A stretch of 60,377 bases of DNA, counting the filler, from Sluysia triapertura (lineage: Eukaryota): assembly GCA_046118255.1 (NCBI GenBank). It is 4 parts of 4 records of this genome, joined end to end, with 100 filler letters (N's around TTAATTAATTAA, not from the genome) between each part and the next. Parts side by side here need not be neighbours in the genome. Positions count along the whole stretch, not along the records: positions 34,014 to 46,241 come from JBJNIA010127742.1; positions 46,342 to 60,377 come from JBJNIA010008656.1; 2 more parts are not named here. The stretch is one strand, 5' to 3'. Shown here one piece after another: positions 39,501 through 53,445 of the stretch (position 1 is the stretch's first letter; every line of letters starts with the position of its first letter). The notes under the pieces were generated by a model that ran no database searches, had not been told where the DNA came from, and worked only from the letters and a program-made list of their open reading frames with translations. The translations under genes were made by a program, and so were the position numbers.

Positions 39501-42500
39501 TAATATTTAAATTGAAAAAACGCACTAAGAACGAAAGGCACCGCTTGGACCATTACATCTATTATAAAAAAATTCAAAATTTTGAATAATTTGTAACATT
39601 ATTTTTCATCAAAATATAGTTGAAATATTTATCGGTTGAGTACTTATTGGTTTTCGTGGAATTTTTCCGGTCTCAGATTCCTTGTTTCTTGATTTTTTTG
39701 CAATACGTCAATTATTAAGAATGTCATATCCTTCAAACTTCTTTTACATTTACAATCGCTAGAAATAATTTCAAAATTCGATGTATTATTCTTGGATAAG
39801 TCTCTGAAATAGTAAGGTCCGTTTCAATAGTGTATTAAGTAAGTGTATTAACTTTGTTTTTTCTAAAATTATATAATTAAATTATATAATTAATTTACAA
39901 TTATAAATAATCTAAATAAATTGTAATACGACTTAAATTTTCCATATATGTATTTAATTAAATATTGAAATAAATATAGTTTTTCATATAATTTAATCCT
40001 CTTGTCAAATCAATTAAACATTTGTCGTATAATTTAATCTTTTTTAGAATATTGTAATCATAATGCTTTTATATTATTCAATAAAATTGTATCTTTTTTT
40101 ATTTTTAGTCTAATTTCATTTGCTATTCGTAAATTCGACATATTTTTTGATTAAGAAGCATTCAATAAATTTATTAATTGTTTTAATATAAATCTTAAAT
40201 TAAGGATTAAATTATATGAAAAACCATGTAAACAGTAACTAAACTATTAAGTATGGTTTTGTAAAATTCATATTACAAAAATATGCCATCAAATTTTAAT
40301 ATTGCATAATTTTTATATTTGTGTAATATATACGTAAACATAAATGTTTATCCATTATAAACTTTGTTGTATAATAAATATAGCATCACATATGTGTACG
40401 TATGCTAAAATCAAAGTAATTTATGAAACATCTATTATGAATTTTACAAATTTTCTTTGAATCATCTAAATATTCCATTATTAAAGTGTCTGCGCTCTGT
40501 ACTGCTGCATTTATTACATATTGAACTTGTTATGCACCTACGATTTTCCTTCTTGTCATAATTGAGTCACGAATATTCTTTGAGTGTTTTCCGTTATATT
40601 GAAGTCAGGAAATGAAAGCCAATCAAATGTAAAAGCACCTTTACTAAAAAGGCAATTTATAGTTGTTTTTGAAATATAAATTTCTGAAATATCACTTTAG
40701 AAAATTTTATTTTATTTGAAAATTTGCAAAAGAGCATTAAACTTTATTTCCCTTGACATCGTCACTATTTTTGATCCTACATTCTTATAACATTAATGAT
40801 TTTTCTCCATATTTTATTTTGAGGTATACCTTTTATAACAATAACGTTAATCTAAATTCCACTTTTTGAGCGAAAATCATTTCCTAACAAAGTTTTGCAA
40901 TCTTTGGTCGCAGGTTTTTGAATATTTTGTTTTACATTTTTAATATTTTATGAACCGATGTATGCAAACTTTTATTAATAGCATTTTAAAATTTTTTGAA
41001 TTTTCTAATTGCATTTGTGTTACATATCTAAAGTTTGACTTATTTATCTGCTGGTACTCTTTATTAGTTATTATTCTTTTCCTAAGCTAGTGTTTAAACC
41101 CATTAAAATTCTAAATATTTAATTATTTAATTCAATTAAAATGTACCGTCTTAAATATTCATTTTAAAAATAATTCATTGTTGCTATAATTATTTGACAT
41201 AATATTATATTATTATTATTATTATTTAAATTATTATTAGTGAGTAAATATTATTTGATAAAATACATTACAAATTTACGTAATGATGATATTTAAATAC
41301 ACAATGCATTTCCTAATACAAGTAGTGTTACATAAAAATAAATTAATTAATTTTGCAGTATTGCAAAATCATTTTTCATAATTGTAGATATTAAACAGTC
41401 AGATTAAAATTTTTTATGTACAAAAGTATACAAAACTTCATCATAAATAACAATAATGCATATAATTTAATATAATTTTATTCAATGTTCACTCAATGAT
41501 AATGTACAAATAATGATATCGTATCACAGAAACTTCTGCTTCATTAAAAATACTTGTCTCTGAAATGTAAATTGAAATATTTATGCTAAACTAAATTCTG
41601 TAGATGAAATATGCTATTTTAAGATTCATTAAAGTACAAAATGCAAGATCAATTTAAATATTTTAATTTAATCATTTATTTTATGTGCAAATGTGGGCTG
41701 AATTTGAAATCAATAGTATAGAAAATAACAGAAGACCTAATTATTGAATTAATAAAATGGTTTGAGAATAACTATTTCAGAATCAATTAATAAAAGACAG
41801 ATTTTATAATTTCAAATGCAAAATTGATGAATCAGAATTTTTTGCAGATGGTAAGATGCATACTAGGTGTAAAACTAAAAGTAAGAAATGTAAGATGTTA
41901 TATCAAATAAAAATAAAAGAATTATTAATTCTATCGTTAAAAAGTGTAAATACCAAATGAAGAGAATATTAAATAGTAGTAAAGATACGACTAAATTAAT
42001 TGTCAATCCAATGATAGCTAATATTATTGTTAGTAAAATCTTTCTCTTTTACAACAATTATGAAAATTTATTATTGTTCGTCTGTATATTGTGATTTATA
42101 TCTTAAAGAGGACGCAATTACAAAAATTACCACTAAATTCTTTCTTTAAAATAAGTAAAGCTTCCTTACCTAATGATGTGAAGACTTTTGTTAAAGAAGA
42201 TTCTTTATTCAATTTAATATCGTAATCTGTTTGGTAATTAATGATGTTTAAATTTTTTGACTTATACTTTTAATACTATTTTGAACTTCTCAATTTCTCT
42301 TCATTCTTTACCTTTTTCTTAGAATTACTGGTTAAATCTGAGAGTCTAAATTTATCGTCTGAACTCTTAAACTATATGAAAATTATAACTTTATTATACT
42401 ATCCAAGAAATATAACACAAATAGTTATAAAAGTTTATAATTCACAATTATAATATGAATAATTAAAAAGAGAGATCACTGTCAATTTTCTTTATTCGAA

Positions 42501-43997
42501 CCAGGTATAATACTTGGTTTTCAAAGAATTTCAGTATTTTAAGAATTTAATGCTAAATTTGTTAAAGCAAAAAACCTAACAATTATCAATAATCCAAAAT
42601 GATAATTAAATTTGTAAAAATAGTATCCTCGAATGAGATATGATTAAACGAATCTTATGTGTAAAGAAACGATTTGATGAAAGAATTTGTATTTGAAACT
42701 GAATCGAAATAATCCGTTGATATTTTACTCCAAAAAACTTTAAAGACTTGCGTGCTAGATTTTTTATTTATATATGTTTTTATTTAGTGAGATTTTTTCT
42801 GTTATAACTATAAAACTATCAAATAATTATTATTTAATTTAGATTATTAATAAAATACACAATATTTGAAACTCATTTGAACTTTATATTAACAATAATA
42901 TGCTAAATATTGAAATAGTAAAAACTTTTATTGAAAATAATAAATCAAAAACTTTTAAAATAAATTAAAATTTTTATTAAAATAAAGAATTATATACATT
43001 TATTATTAATGCCACTAATATATTACAATTTATTTACAAAAATTAAAAATTATAATTATTTATAAAATTAATTACAAAATTTATTTTACTTTATAAATTT
43101 CTCTTTACAATATAAATTTTGATAATGATATATTCTATTCAATGCCATACCGAAAAGTGCAAATACTGAAGTTACTTTTGAATCAATCAGCAAGACTAAT
43201 TTTTTAAATAAGATATCATGTAATACCTGTTATCAATAAAATGAAGATAGTAATCAAAATTGCATTAGTAATTAATAAATTAATATTAATTAGTAGTAGA
43301 CCCATATTAATTAATATTAATTAGACCTCTAAGAATATTATAAAAAATTATTAATCTAAACTTATTTAAACTTATTTAAACTCATTGTTTCAGGAGATAA
43401 TTTATTACCTGAATCTAAAGCCTTTAACTAAATTACAAGATTTCAAAATGAACTTATGGCACTTAAAATTTTATTTTATAGCAAACTGAAATGAATCGAA
43501 TATTAAAATTACTACACTAAGCTTTTACAACTTTTAAAATTCAATGGTGCATTGGCACATTCTGATAGGGTCTTCGATATGCTAATAAAAATACGACTTT
43601 AAAAGAACAAGTTTATAAAACATGATTGTACAATTAGCAATAGAAGGATACATGAATTGTTTTTCAGTCACTGTCTAGTACATCAATTAAGTGTAATCAT
43701 CTTACTTCCCATAGTATTTCATTTGTACGTGAAACTTGATTATCCCTCGTACTAAATTATACGTGTTTTTATTATTAATATTTAATTCTGATGTAAATGC
43801 GTAAATAGTTTTAGTGTTATTTAGTTTTAAAAAGTATCTAAATTGTGTCTATATCTAATTCAAGAATGTACTTAACTATATATTTAGCAATATTTAAATT
43901 TAAAGTGTAAATATCTTAAACTTCATCTTTTATGCTGTTTGATTCAAAATATAGATATCTCTACATTTAGTATTATTTAATTCAAAAGTAAACATAC

Positions 43998-44391
43998 CTT
44001 TAACATTTTTAACCTATTTAACTTTATGACTTAAATCAGTGACATCATCGTAACTTAGATCTAAATTAACATCAGTATTTGGCATAAAATCTACTGGGTT
44101 AAAAGCATTAGTACCATTTAAGTAACAATGGCTTTTATCGCCATCACATAGATTTTTTTTGAAATTTGTTTAATATCTTCGTACTTTCTGAATTTCTAGT
44201 AGAGACAGTGATGATATCCAAATTATCAAAATTTTTAACATGTATGCAATTTAAAGTTTCATATGGGATTGTAACATCTTTTGATAAAACTGACTTTATA
44301 GTTTCATGAAAAATTGCAGAGTTGTCTGGCAACCGAGAAGAGAGTAGCTTGCCAGAAATATCTCGCTTCTTATATGTTAACCGTCTATCAC
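43998..44391 (-). pseudogene. Disrupted exon of an unidentified gene
   Basis: gttgtAG acceptor and AAG|GTATGT donor. The long frame is broken by a shift in an A-run (~44155) and one TAG. A similarly disrupted exon-like block lies at ~42168-42372. Confidence 0.35.
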
Positions 44392-45442
44392 CTACAACTT
44401 GATATTATCTAGTAAATTTAATTTGCAATAAAATAAATCAAGTACAACTTAAAAACATTGCAAATTTCTTAAAACTTATTCAATATGTAACTTTTTAAGA
44501 GCTCAGATATGACATTTAATATTCTTATCTAGTATGTTTTATTTGAAAAATTTTTTGAAAATATTGAAAGGAAATTAATGCCCTAAAATTAATAAATATT
44601 ATAAAAATATGTAATTTGTTATAAAATTAAATTTTAATAATTTGATTGAGCTTTGAGATTATTGAAAGTGCGAAAAGGTATGAGTATGAAAATGAAAAGA
44701 TGAAAGCGAAGTAATGTATAATTAAATTAGAATTAATAGTTTTTTGTGTAAATGTTTAAAATTATAATATAATAATTATTTAAATGCTTAAATTTCTAAA
44801 TTGATTAAGTTATTTTCAACATTTACTTTTATTATATTAAGATACTATTATATGCAATGTTTTTAAGGATTTTGGATTATATTTGTATTTAATAAACAGT
44901 ATATTTCAGAAAATAAGTAGTATGTAAAAATCTTATATTTTAATAAATTTTAAAATACTTAATTTATTTAATAAGTTTAATAATATTAAAAACAAAAAAA
45001 TCAATATTTAATTAGGAAATAGATATTTAAGAATAAATATTTAAAAATCACACTGTAGAATTAATATTTTCAGTAACAAAAACATTAAAGATTTTAAACA
45101 AATAAATCACAAGTAAAGGCTAATAATAAAAACCTTTAAATTCAAGTAAAGTTTATATATACATTAATTAAATTGTCAGAAAAGTAAAAAAAATATTTAC
45201 TAAATTAAATGTTGGATAATAAGAAAATTTATTTTGTTATTATTATTAGATAAAAATAATGAGAATAAAAATGGAGATGCTAAAATAAGAAATAATATTG
45301 AATCACTTAACAAAATGAATTTTCAATGAAGAAAATAAAAAATTTATTAAAGAATGTATGAAAAAATTACATTTTATAAAAATGGATAGAAAAATTGAAA
45401 TATCTCATGAAAGGAATTTATACAAAGCACGCAACATGATAA

Positions 45443-45495
45443 TGTTAGACTTTATAAAATGAATTGACCGAAATCTGAACTCGGTATCTCTTGCT
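45443..45495 (-). mobile_element. Degenerate partial copy of the 98-bp tRNA-containing element
   Basis: tgttagactttataaaatgaattgaccgaaatctgaactcgg. Confidence 0.55.
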
Positions 45496-46241
45496 AAGCT
45501 TTGATTATTGAGTCACCATTCCAGTGAGATAATTTATTTTTATTATTTTAACTTTTTAATTTACATGTTTAGACTTTTACCTCAATATAGGCCATTACTG
45601 TTAATATTAACGTTCGAAAGACAATGTATACACAGAAAATTTCTGTACAGCTCCAATGTAACAAAATATATTTTAAATATTCATTTTAATTATTAAATTA
45701 ATTATTAATTTAGATTTAAATTTTGATACTTATTTTATGACAGACATTAATTAATTTTCGAGTTTAGAGTTAATTTCGAATCCATAAGACTGATAATAAT
45801 TGAAAAGCGATTTCAGAAATATAGAGCAGGATATTAATGCTCTGAAAGTATTCGTAAATCTAATTCAGTACTTTAAATTAAAGAATTAACCAAGATTCTT
45901 AAAGGAATTTATCAAACCGTTTAAAATTATTTAAAATTACATGGAAAAAACTAAAATCCGGCGTTTACGTTTCACATAATTTGCAGAAGAGTAGATTAAT
46001 CTCAGCAGTACTTTCTTTATTATCAAGACTGAATATTGATCATTTTTAGACTGAATTGTTTCAAGATATATGTAGGGAACTACACATCTTCACATCAAAA
46101 TTACAAACACACTTCTAGGGAACTCGTCATACGGTATCCATCATAATTCATCACACAATATTCGCTATAACTCATCTCATAAAGTTCATCACAATCCATC
46201 GCTTAAAAACAATACACACATACACAAACTATTAAACGAAC

Positions 46242-46341
46242 NNNNNNNNNNNNNNNNNNNNNNNNNNNNNNNNNNNNNNNNNNNNTTAATTAATTAANNN
46301 NNNNNNNNNNNNNNNNNNNNNNNNNNNNNNNNNNNNNNNNN
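46242..46341. other. Assembly gap with six-frame stop linker
   Basis: N44-TTAATTAATTAA-N44. Confidence 0.98.
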
Positions 46342-46417
46342 AGTGGTAGAGCAGTCGAACTGCGCAGCGATGGTCCCGGGTTCGATCCCCGGTCAGTCCA
46401 TTTTACGAAGTCTAACA
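46342..46417 (+). mobile_element. Copy of the 98-bp tRNA-containing element, 5' end lost in the gap
   Basis: Nearly identical to 57366-57441 (cagtcca vs tagtcca); ends GTCTAACA. Confidence 0.85.
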
Positions 46418-46499
46418 GATATATAGTTATGATTTATGAGTTAATTAACAGAAACATTTTTCTACTGAGATGCTATTCCTTTATCATTAATTCTGGCAC

Positions 46500-47400
46500 T
46501 ATTGTTATTTAAAGATTTGAATCATCTGGTAAATTTAAATCAATATCTGTGGATAAAATATGTATATCATACTTCAAAAAGTGTGGTGCATCGATTATCA
46601 TCTTGTGTAGAGGTTATATATAAATTTATTGATTCATTGACAACATGAACTTGGTCAAAAGTAACATCATTGGTTAACTGACATGGCAGTGAGTTACTAG
46701 TTAAGCGAACTATTTCTTTTTGGGCATTTTGTAATGTCACTGATAAATTACCATTTTCTTCCTGGAACATTTGAAGTGATTCTTCCTAACCAGAACTAGT
46801 AACGCAAGTTCTTTTGATAAGTTATTTTCGATGATTATGATTTTTTGACCATTCTTAACCGAATTATCATTGTTATTTTCATAACTTGAATTTTGAGTTG
46901 AAGTAGCTCCAGAATATTTCTGATTTAAAGAACAATTATTGCTGATATTACAGTTATAGTTATTGTTTTATTCATCTTTTTTAATTGGCTCAAAGTTTTT
47001 ATTTCATCACGATCTTGGTTCCGCTCTTGGCGAATTCTGAACCATCTTTCTCGCCATTTTGGTGTAGTATCACTCCACCGTTTTTTTATTTGATTTATGC
47101 GAAATTTAAGCTTTTCAAATTCTGATTTTCGTATAAATCGTAAATCGTTTATCGGTGGGATTTATATGGATTATTCTTATCTTCCGGATTATTTTGATTA
47201 TACGGTACTTTTAATGTTTTATTTGGATAGTATTGATCCTGATTAATAGGACAATTATGAAATTCGTGATTTTTATTCAGAAATAATTTCACAGGGATTG
47301 TTTTGTATCTGGTATATAATTGGAAAAAAAATAAATTCTTAATGATTACATAAATACGCAATATAAGCATATAATATTTCATGTATTGTTGAATTTATGC
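46500..47400 (-). pseudogene. Decayed ORF, possibly retroelement gag/ORF1-like
   Basis: A series of broken coding-like frames including NHEFHNCP (possible half zinc knuckle). Confidence 0.25.
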
Positions 47401-47843
47401 AAAGCACTATTATTCTAATTGTATTAATTGTATTAATTGTATTAGATCCCAGTATTTGCATCAAATTCAAATAATTGTAATACATATTTCGATAAATTCT
47501 TGTTACAATAAATTTTTTTTCTATGTAGAAAACATTTTTTATACAGTGTATTTACTACTATGTTACAATGACAAATGAATTTCTTTGGCCTGAAATCACA
47601 ATAATTATTTTTCTATCTGCATAAACATGGTAATGTATGTATGTGTATGTATTAAGTTGTCTTTGTTAGTATTCTTTTTCCATTAGTATTTTACTAAAAT
47701 CATATTTTCTTATTCTTTTGATGTCACCCTCTGACCTTTGATAAATAAGTGTAGCGAATTACATTCTATGTTTAATTTTTGGTTTAGAAATATTTAAGAT
47801 ATTGAGATTTTCACACAAAATTGATAACAGTATTTCATTTTAA

Positions 47844-47915
47844 CACATTATGAGCGGGTATTCTTAAGTGACAGTACATAAAACGGGTACTAATACCCGC
47901 CCCGCTCATAATGTG
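47844..47915. mobile_element. 72-bp piggyBac-type MITE
   Basis: TTAA-cacattatgagcggg ... cccgctcataatgtg-TTAA: perfect 15-bp TIR and TTAA duplication. Confidence 0.85.
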
Positions 47916-48042
47916 TTAATGTAAGCCAAATGATACATTTCAAGAAAAAAATATTAACTTTAATGATTTGAACATATGTCACAATAATTGGTACGTTTGT
48001 AATTTTCTCTTGAAAGCGTTTTAATTATACATTATTCTTTAA

Positions 48043-48399
48043 TCCTTTCAATACTGTAGGGACATATTGTCCCAGAGAATTTCTAATAATTACTAAAATA
48101 ATTTAAATGCTTACAAAAGCATTGGGATCTGGGATTTTAGTACTGTACGGTCATAGGGTCGTAAACAAGTCCAAACCTGTCTGTTTTGTTGCAGTTTGCT
48201 TTTTTTCTTTTCTATAAAATTGTCAATCTAGATGTTGCTAGCAAACAGCAGACACGTGTCACGCTTATTACTGTGTTTTTATATGTGCTGTGTTCGGAAT
48301 TGCCAAGTAAGCTATTTATAATTTTATTTTACTTACTTATTTAAATATTTTGTGCTATATTACATGAATTATTAAAATAAAAAAATCGTATTGAAAGGG
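48043..48399. mobile_element. piggyBac-type non-autonomous element
   Basis: TTAA-tcctttcaatac ... gtattgaaaggg-TTAA (CCC/GGG-type ends). Confidence 0.8.
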
Positions 48400-48606
48400 T
48401 TAATAAACATGTTTTGAATTTAATGCATTTCGAACATCAAAAACATTATTTTAAATCTTTACAAATAAGGCAATTCATTCATTCTGTATAGAAATTCTGA
48501 AATTAGCAATAGTTAAATTAAATTTGTTATATTCATATTTACGGTAACTGTTTTTGGAATTAAACGCTTAAAAATTAAGAAAAAGCATTAAATAGTTATT
48601 ACTTAC

Positions 48607-51600
48607 TTATACGCAGTAACCCAACCATCTTCAATTTCTTGCTTATTTTTATCCAATCTGCACAAATTATCTCTAAAAACTCTGGCACGTTCTGAAAAAT
48701 TAGGACAGTGAAGCCACGGTAACAAAAATAAATGACCCACGCTATCCCACATTAACTGCTTCACTTCCATTTGTTTACTGAAACTCATAACAAGTCCTGT
48801 ACAACCCAAGCGAGATAACATATACACTAATTGCAACCCTATAAAATGATTGGCTGGCGAATTGGCGAATGATTGTTGTGCAAATTGTAAAGCATTAATC
48901 AAATGCTTCCAATTTGATGGTTTTGTTGTATCCTTACACCAATAAGAATACCATATTGATATGGCAAGTCGCGCTAAATTGTCATAAAAATGAATTTCTG
49001 TTACTGATTCATTAGTATTATGTTCCGATTGATTAGAAACAACTAATCGATTATAAATTGCTTTTATATCTGATGGTGCAGTTAAACAATACCCATCAAT
49101 GGCACGATTTAACACTTCACGTAAATAAAATAATTCTACCGAATTTACATCAATGATTTCATCATGATTAATAGAATAATTAGAAAGAAATGTTTGTAAA
49201 AATTCTTTGCGTTCGGCTGGAGTAAAATAATCCATTTGAATAAATTTATACACGTCATAAATCAGACTCGATTTACCAATAAATTTTTTGATATATAACA
49301 AAAGTAAATCGCTTTTCGAAAGATTTTTGAGTACAGATGATGTCGAAGATTGATGTTGGATTTGTAACTTTAAATGTAATTGTAATAATTCAACATTAAG
49401 ATTATTTTTCGTAATTTCGGAATTTATTGAAGCTAATCTGAAAATTTAAATTTATATCTGGTCATTTAATTTCAAAATGTTAAAATTTTTCTTCCTTTAT
49501 TATTATTATTACTGTATTTTATTAAATTACATTCCTTCACCATAAAATAAACGCACTCTAAAATGAATTTATTTCTTAGATGTATAGTATAATCCGACTA
49601 TTCCAAATTCAGTAATTCTCAAAATTCTTTTAATACAAAAGAATCTTTTTAAACATATAGATTTCGGTTAATCCACAAATTTTTGTATCTATCCACTTGA
49701 AATTAACCAGTTTCTATTTTATATGGATTTTTGAAACGCTTTAAGTAGATTTTTTGTAGGGATTATATATATGCCTACAGAAAAAATCGCTGATTTTACT
49801 ATTAGTAGTTTTCACAAAATATAATTTTTAAATGTCAAAAAACATTGGAAAAAAAATTTTATGCAAAAATAAAAAACAAAAATTTAACATTAAGTAAAAA
49901 TCACCTTTACTTAAAACACGAAACAGTCTATTATTCATAGACCTGGGACAATCTCTAATGATTTCTTTATCCAAATGTTTTCACTCTTAACATTACTTTT
50001 TGTACATTAATTTTCGTCTTAGAATTGTTGGATAAAATTTTTTTCAATGTAATTTAGGTAATATCATCTATCAGATAATTAATAAAGTGGATATTATTAG
50101 TATTATCAGAAATTTGAGCATCTTGTTTTGTACAAAATTGATCATTTTTTATTACTTTTAGCACCAGTCCAAACCATGATTGAGCCAACTTCGGAACACA
50201 TACGATCATTTCGGATATACGTATGATTCATCCAGACAACATTGATTCTCATACATAAAACAATAAATAGATCAATTAGCACTTACGTTTATATACAAAA
50301 ATCTAAGCTGTCATTCATACAATATTTTGATAATGTCGTTAATTTTCTGTTTTACTTTTATATTTTAAGCCATTGAATCACTAGCTGGATACCTTAACCA
50401 AACTGCTTGATGTTCTTATTTTGATTAGCCCTAGTTACTCAGATACAATGATTAGCTCAAGTTCACATATTTTAAATAATCGAAATATGAAAAAATAGAC
50501 AGGCGAGGCATTAGGCGTACGTCTTAGTGTTTCACTTAAAAAATATACAAAATTGAAAGCAACAATCCTGCCATGAGTAACTAAATGAAGAAAAAGCATA
50601 TAAAATAGAATACTTATGTGCTTTTGAAAGGATATCAAAGTTTTGTTTTAATTTTTTAATTATTTGTCCGAGTCAATGAATTACATTTAGTATAAATTTA
50701 TCTGTAATTAATTTATTTCAAAATAACAAAGATAAGCATGTATAAGCATAATATATTTGACAGTTGTCATGAAAAAACGATGGCATCACCTTTATACCAA
50801 AAGTAAAACATCAATAAATCATGAGTTGGGTGATGCATTTATTACACTTTGGTCCCTTTAGGGTTAAAACTGTATTTTATGAAAAACAGAGTAAACTCAA
50901 CAATTTTTTTATTATGTATATAAATCTCTACTACCGTGATGCTCAACCTTTTTCTTGTCGCGGTATAATTTTAATTAAAAAAATTGGGCGGCACATTACC
51001 ATAAGAGTAAGATAAAATTAAAAGGAATACATAAGTTACGTACACACTTTAATCAACTACAAGACTAAGCAGAATACAGTATAAGCCGGCAGCTAAAACT
51101 GTAATAGTCATGTGCCTATGTATGAGTAATTGTGAAACGGCATAGTTATTGAGAATCTCTGCTCCAATCATAAAAACGTTTTCAAAATTAGTAATAGTAA
51201 ATTTCAGTTTGAATTTATCAATTATTTTTATTTCAATTTATCGAAATTTACATAATTTAAAAATTAAAAACTAACGAATGAAAATGAGAATCTTTATTTA
51301 ATAACGCAGCCAAATTAATATACTCTTTCCAAGTTCCTATATCATTAGGTCTGAATTAAATTTAATATTAAGCACTTCTTAAAAATATTTAGAGAAAGTT
51401 TATAATATAAATTATTTCATTTACGTGGCTTAACAATAAAATTATTACCGGATTAACAAATAATCATAATAAAGTTGTAAACATTCATCATTGCGTCCAA
51501 GACTCTTCAGTAAACCTAATTTTAAGTTAATTGCAGTTAATTTATTTTGGTCATTTTCTACTACATCTAAAAGTATGTAAATTAAAATATAAATTTACCT

Positions 51601-52328
51601 TTTAAAATATCGCTATTTAGCCACTCCAACGCTTCTTCGGTTTTATTCATTTTATTTAAAGTATATATTAAAAATTTAATTCTTTCCATCGATAATATCG
51701 AATTGTTGCTTTTAAACAGTTTTATAAGCATAGCTTCACCTAGTTTAATCAACCGTTCATCTTTGGATTCTATTCCATACAAGACATTGCTAACAATAGA
51801 CCACATAGAGTATTCTAGATGATTCGGGTTTAATTTTTTTAATAATGGAGCAATTTTTTGCTGGGAAATGAAATTTAAATTTTTAACATGACAGTAAAAT
51901 AAACTGGCACATAAATCTTCGCGATTTGGAAACTTTTTGTAAGCCTCTTCATACACTGTAGCTATCTTATCTCCTAACATAAAAAAATAAATTAAGAAAT
52001 TAATTAACTTTGATCAGTTTCGCGATAAAAATAAGATAATGCATTTAAAGTTGATTCATCTGTAGGACTTTCATTAAGTACGCTCTCAATTAAAACACAA
52101 CCTTCTTGATATTTATTCAATTTATATAATGAAAGTCCTTTTAATACTTTGGCAGGTAACAGGTTTGGATTTTTCTTTAAGACTTTATCGGCTTCTGCTG
52201 CAGCCTTCTTATAATTGGCAGCTTCAATTTGATCTAAAAAATAACTAATAAGTATATTTTTTACCAAATATTCCTTTTAATCGTCTTTCATTAACTTCAA
52301 TTTGACTTAATGCTGCTTTTGAACTCAT
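48607..52328 (-). CDS. NAA25: N-alpha-acetyltransferase 25, NatB auxiliary subunit (MDM20); 5' six exons
   Basis: Exons 52328-52265, 52233-52009, 51973-51599, 51566-51449, 51350-51276 and 49437-48607 are all GT-AG and phase-consistent (about 562 codons). Motifs: NERRLKGIFDQIEAANYKKAAAEADKVLKKNP...AKVLKGL, PTDESTLNAL, SPANHFIGLQL...EVKQLMWDSVGHL. The C-terminal exons were not found. Confidence 0.92.
49900..50260 (-). mobile_element. Tc1-like transposase remnant in a NAA25 intron
   Basis: Broken frames GSIMVWTG (cf. Tc1 GSVMVWG) and SMNNRLFRVLSKG (cf. Tc1 C-terminal SMP.R...VI..KG). Confidence 0.5.
50934..51161. mobile_element. hAT-type MITE (degenerate)
   Basis: c(c)gtgatgctcaaccttttt ... 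ttgagaatctctg resembles hAT CAGTG.T.CTCAA ends; the 8-bp TSD is poorly preserved. Confidence 0.45.
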
Positions 52329-52921
52329 GAAATAATATATTTTTTCAAAAAAATATAAAGGAAATTTTTAATTACTTAAAATAATTATATTTTGTATTTA
52401 TGGAATATAAAATAGTGTGATTGATTTATTGTAAAACTATATAATTTGATACAAATTCAATATAGTTTATTATTATATTATAATTATTATTCACTAACAC
52501 TGATATGATTATATATAAAATTAAATTTTGATTTATTTTTATTAAATTTTATTAAGCAAAAACAATTTTTATAATTAATTTTAGAAAAACACATGTCATT
52601 ATTTAAATCATGTATTTCTGAATAAAGAAACAAATATTGTTCTTTAATATGAATCATTTAACGTAATAATTTAACGTAATAAAATATTAAAGTATCTAAT
52701 ATGATAATTTCATTGCTAATATATTAATTTTTTACTTTTTTATTATTTGGTATTACAATTACTGTATTGCAAATATTTTCAGAATTATATTGAATTACCT
52801 CATAATTCATTTAGTCATAAATTTTAAGAATGTATCTTAAGTGGAATTAAATATTTATCTTTCAAAGAATTTAATGCTAACTAACTTAAGCAAATAGTAA
52901 CAATAATAAATGTCATTTTAA
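52329..52921. promoter_or_regulatory. Putative bidirectional promoter NAA25/DUF1330-like gene
   Basis: Divergent start codons 593 bp apart. Confidence 0.5.
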
Positions 52922-53357
52922 ATGGCAGAACGACATATTGATTGCGATGGTGAATGCTATCTTATTTGTCACTTTAAAGAAGGAGATGCATATACATACA
53001 GAAACAGCTTAATTCGACAAATGACTGTGCTGGAAAGAAACTTTTGTGGTCGTGAAGCAATATTTTGTCCTAAAATGCAACCAATTGAATCTAATTCGGC
53101 TAGTAATTTCGGAATTGGAATAATACATTTTCCAGACTTTGCTACTGCTAAGGTACAATGTTATTATTTTAATTATTTTACAAAAGTTATGGTATGAGTC
53201 AGCTCATGAAATAAGGCAGCCAGATTGGTTAAACAGTGCTACATTATTATTAGTTCCAAGTAGAAATGATGTTGAATTACACATGCCAATTGTCGAATTT
53301 GCAGAATGGAATTACTTTCGAGATGTTTATAGATTTCAAAATGAATATTTATCAACG
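52922..53357 (+). CDS. DUF1330-like (dimeric alpha-beta barrel) protein, first two exons
   Basis: Exons 52922-53152 and 53187-53357 (34-nt intron) join to GIIHFPDFATAK-LWYES, like the DUF1330 FP....A..WY.S motif. Donor ACG|GTAAGA; downstream exons not found. Confidence 0.7.
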
Positions 53358-53406
53358 GTAAGATTATTTTTATAAATAAAATTTAAGAAAAGTTTGTCTA
53401 GCAGAT

Positions 53407-53445
53407 CAGTGGTTCTCAAAGCATATAAATTAGTGGACCACTCTA
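53407..53445 (+). mobile_element. hAT-family terminal sequence
   Basis: CAGTGGTTCTCAAA...gtggaccac; the opposite end was not located. Confidence 0.45.
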
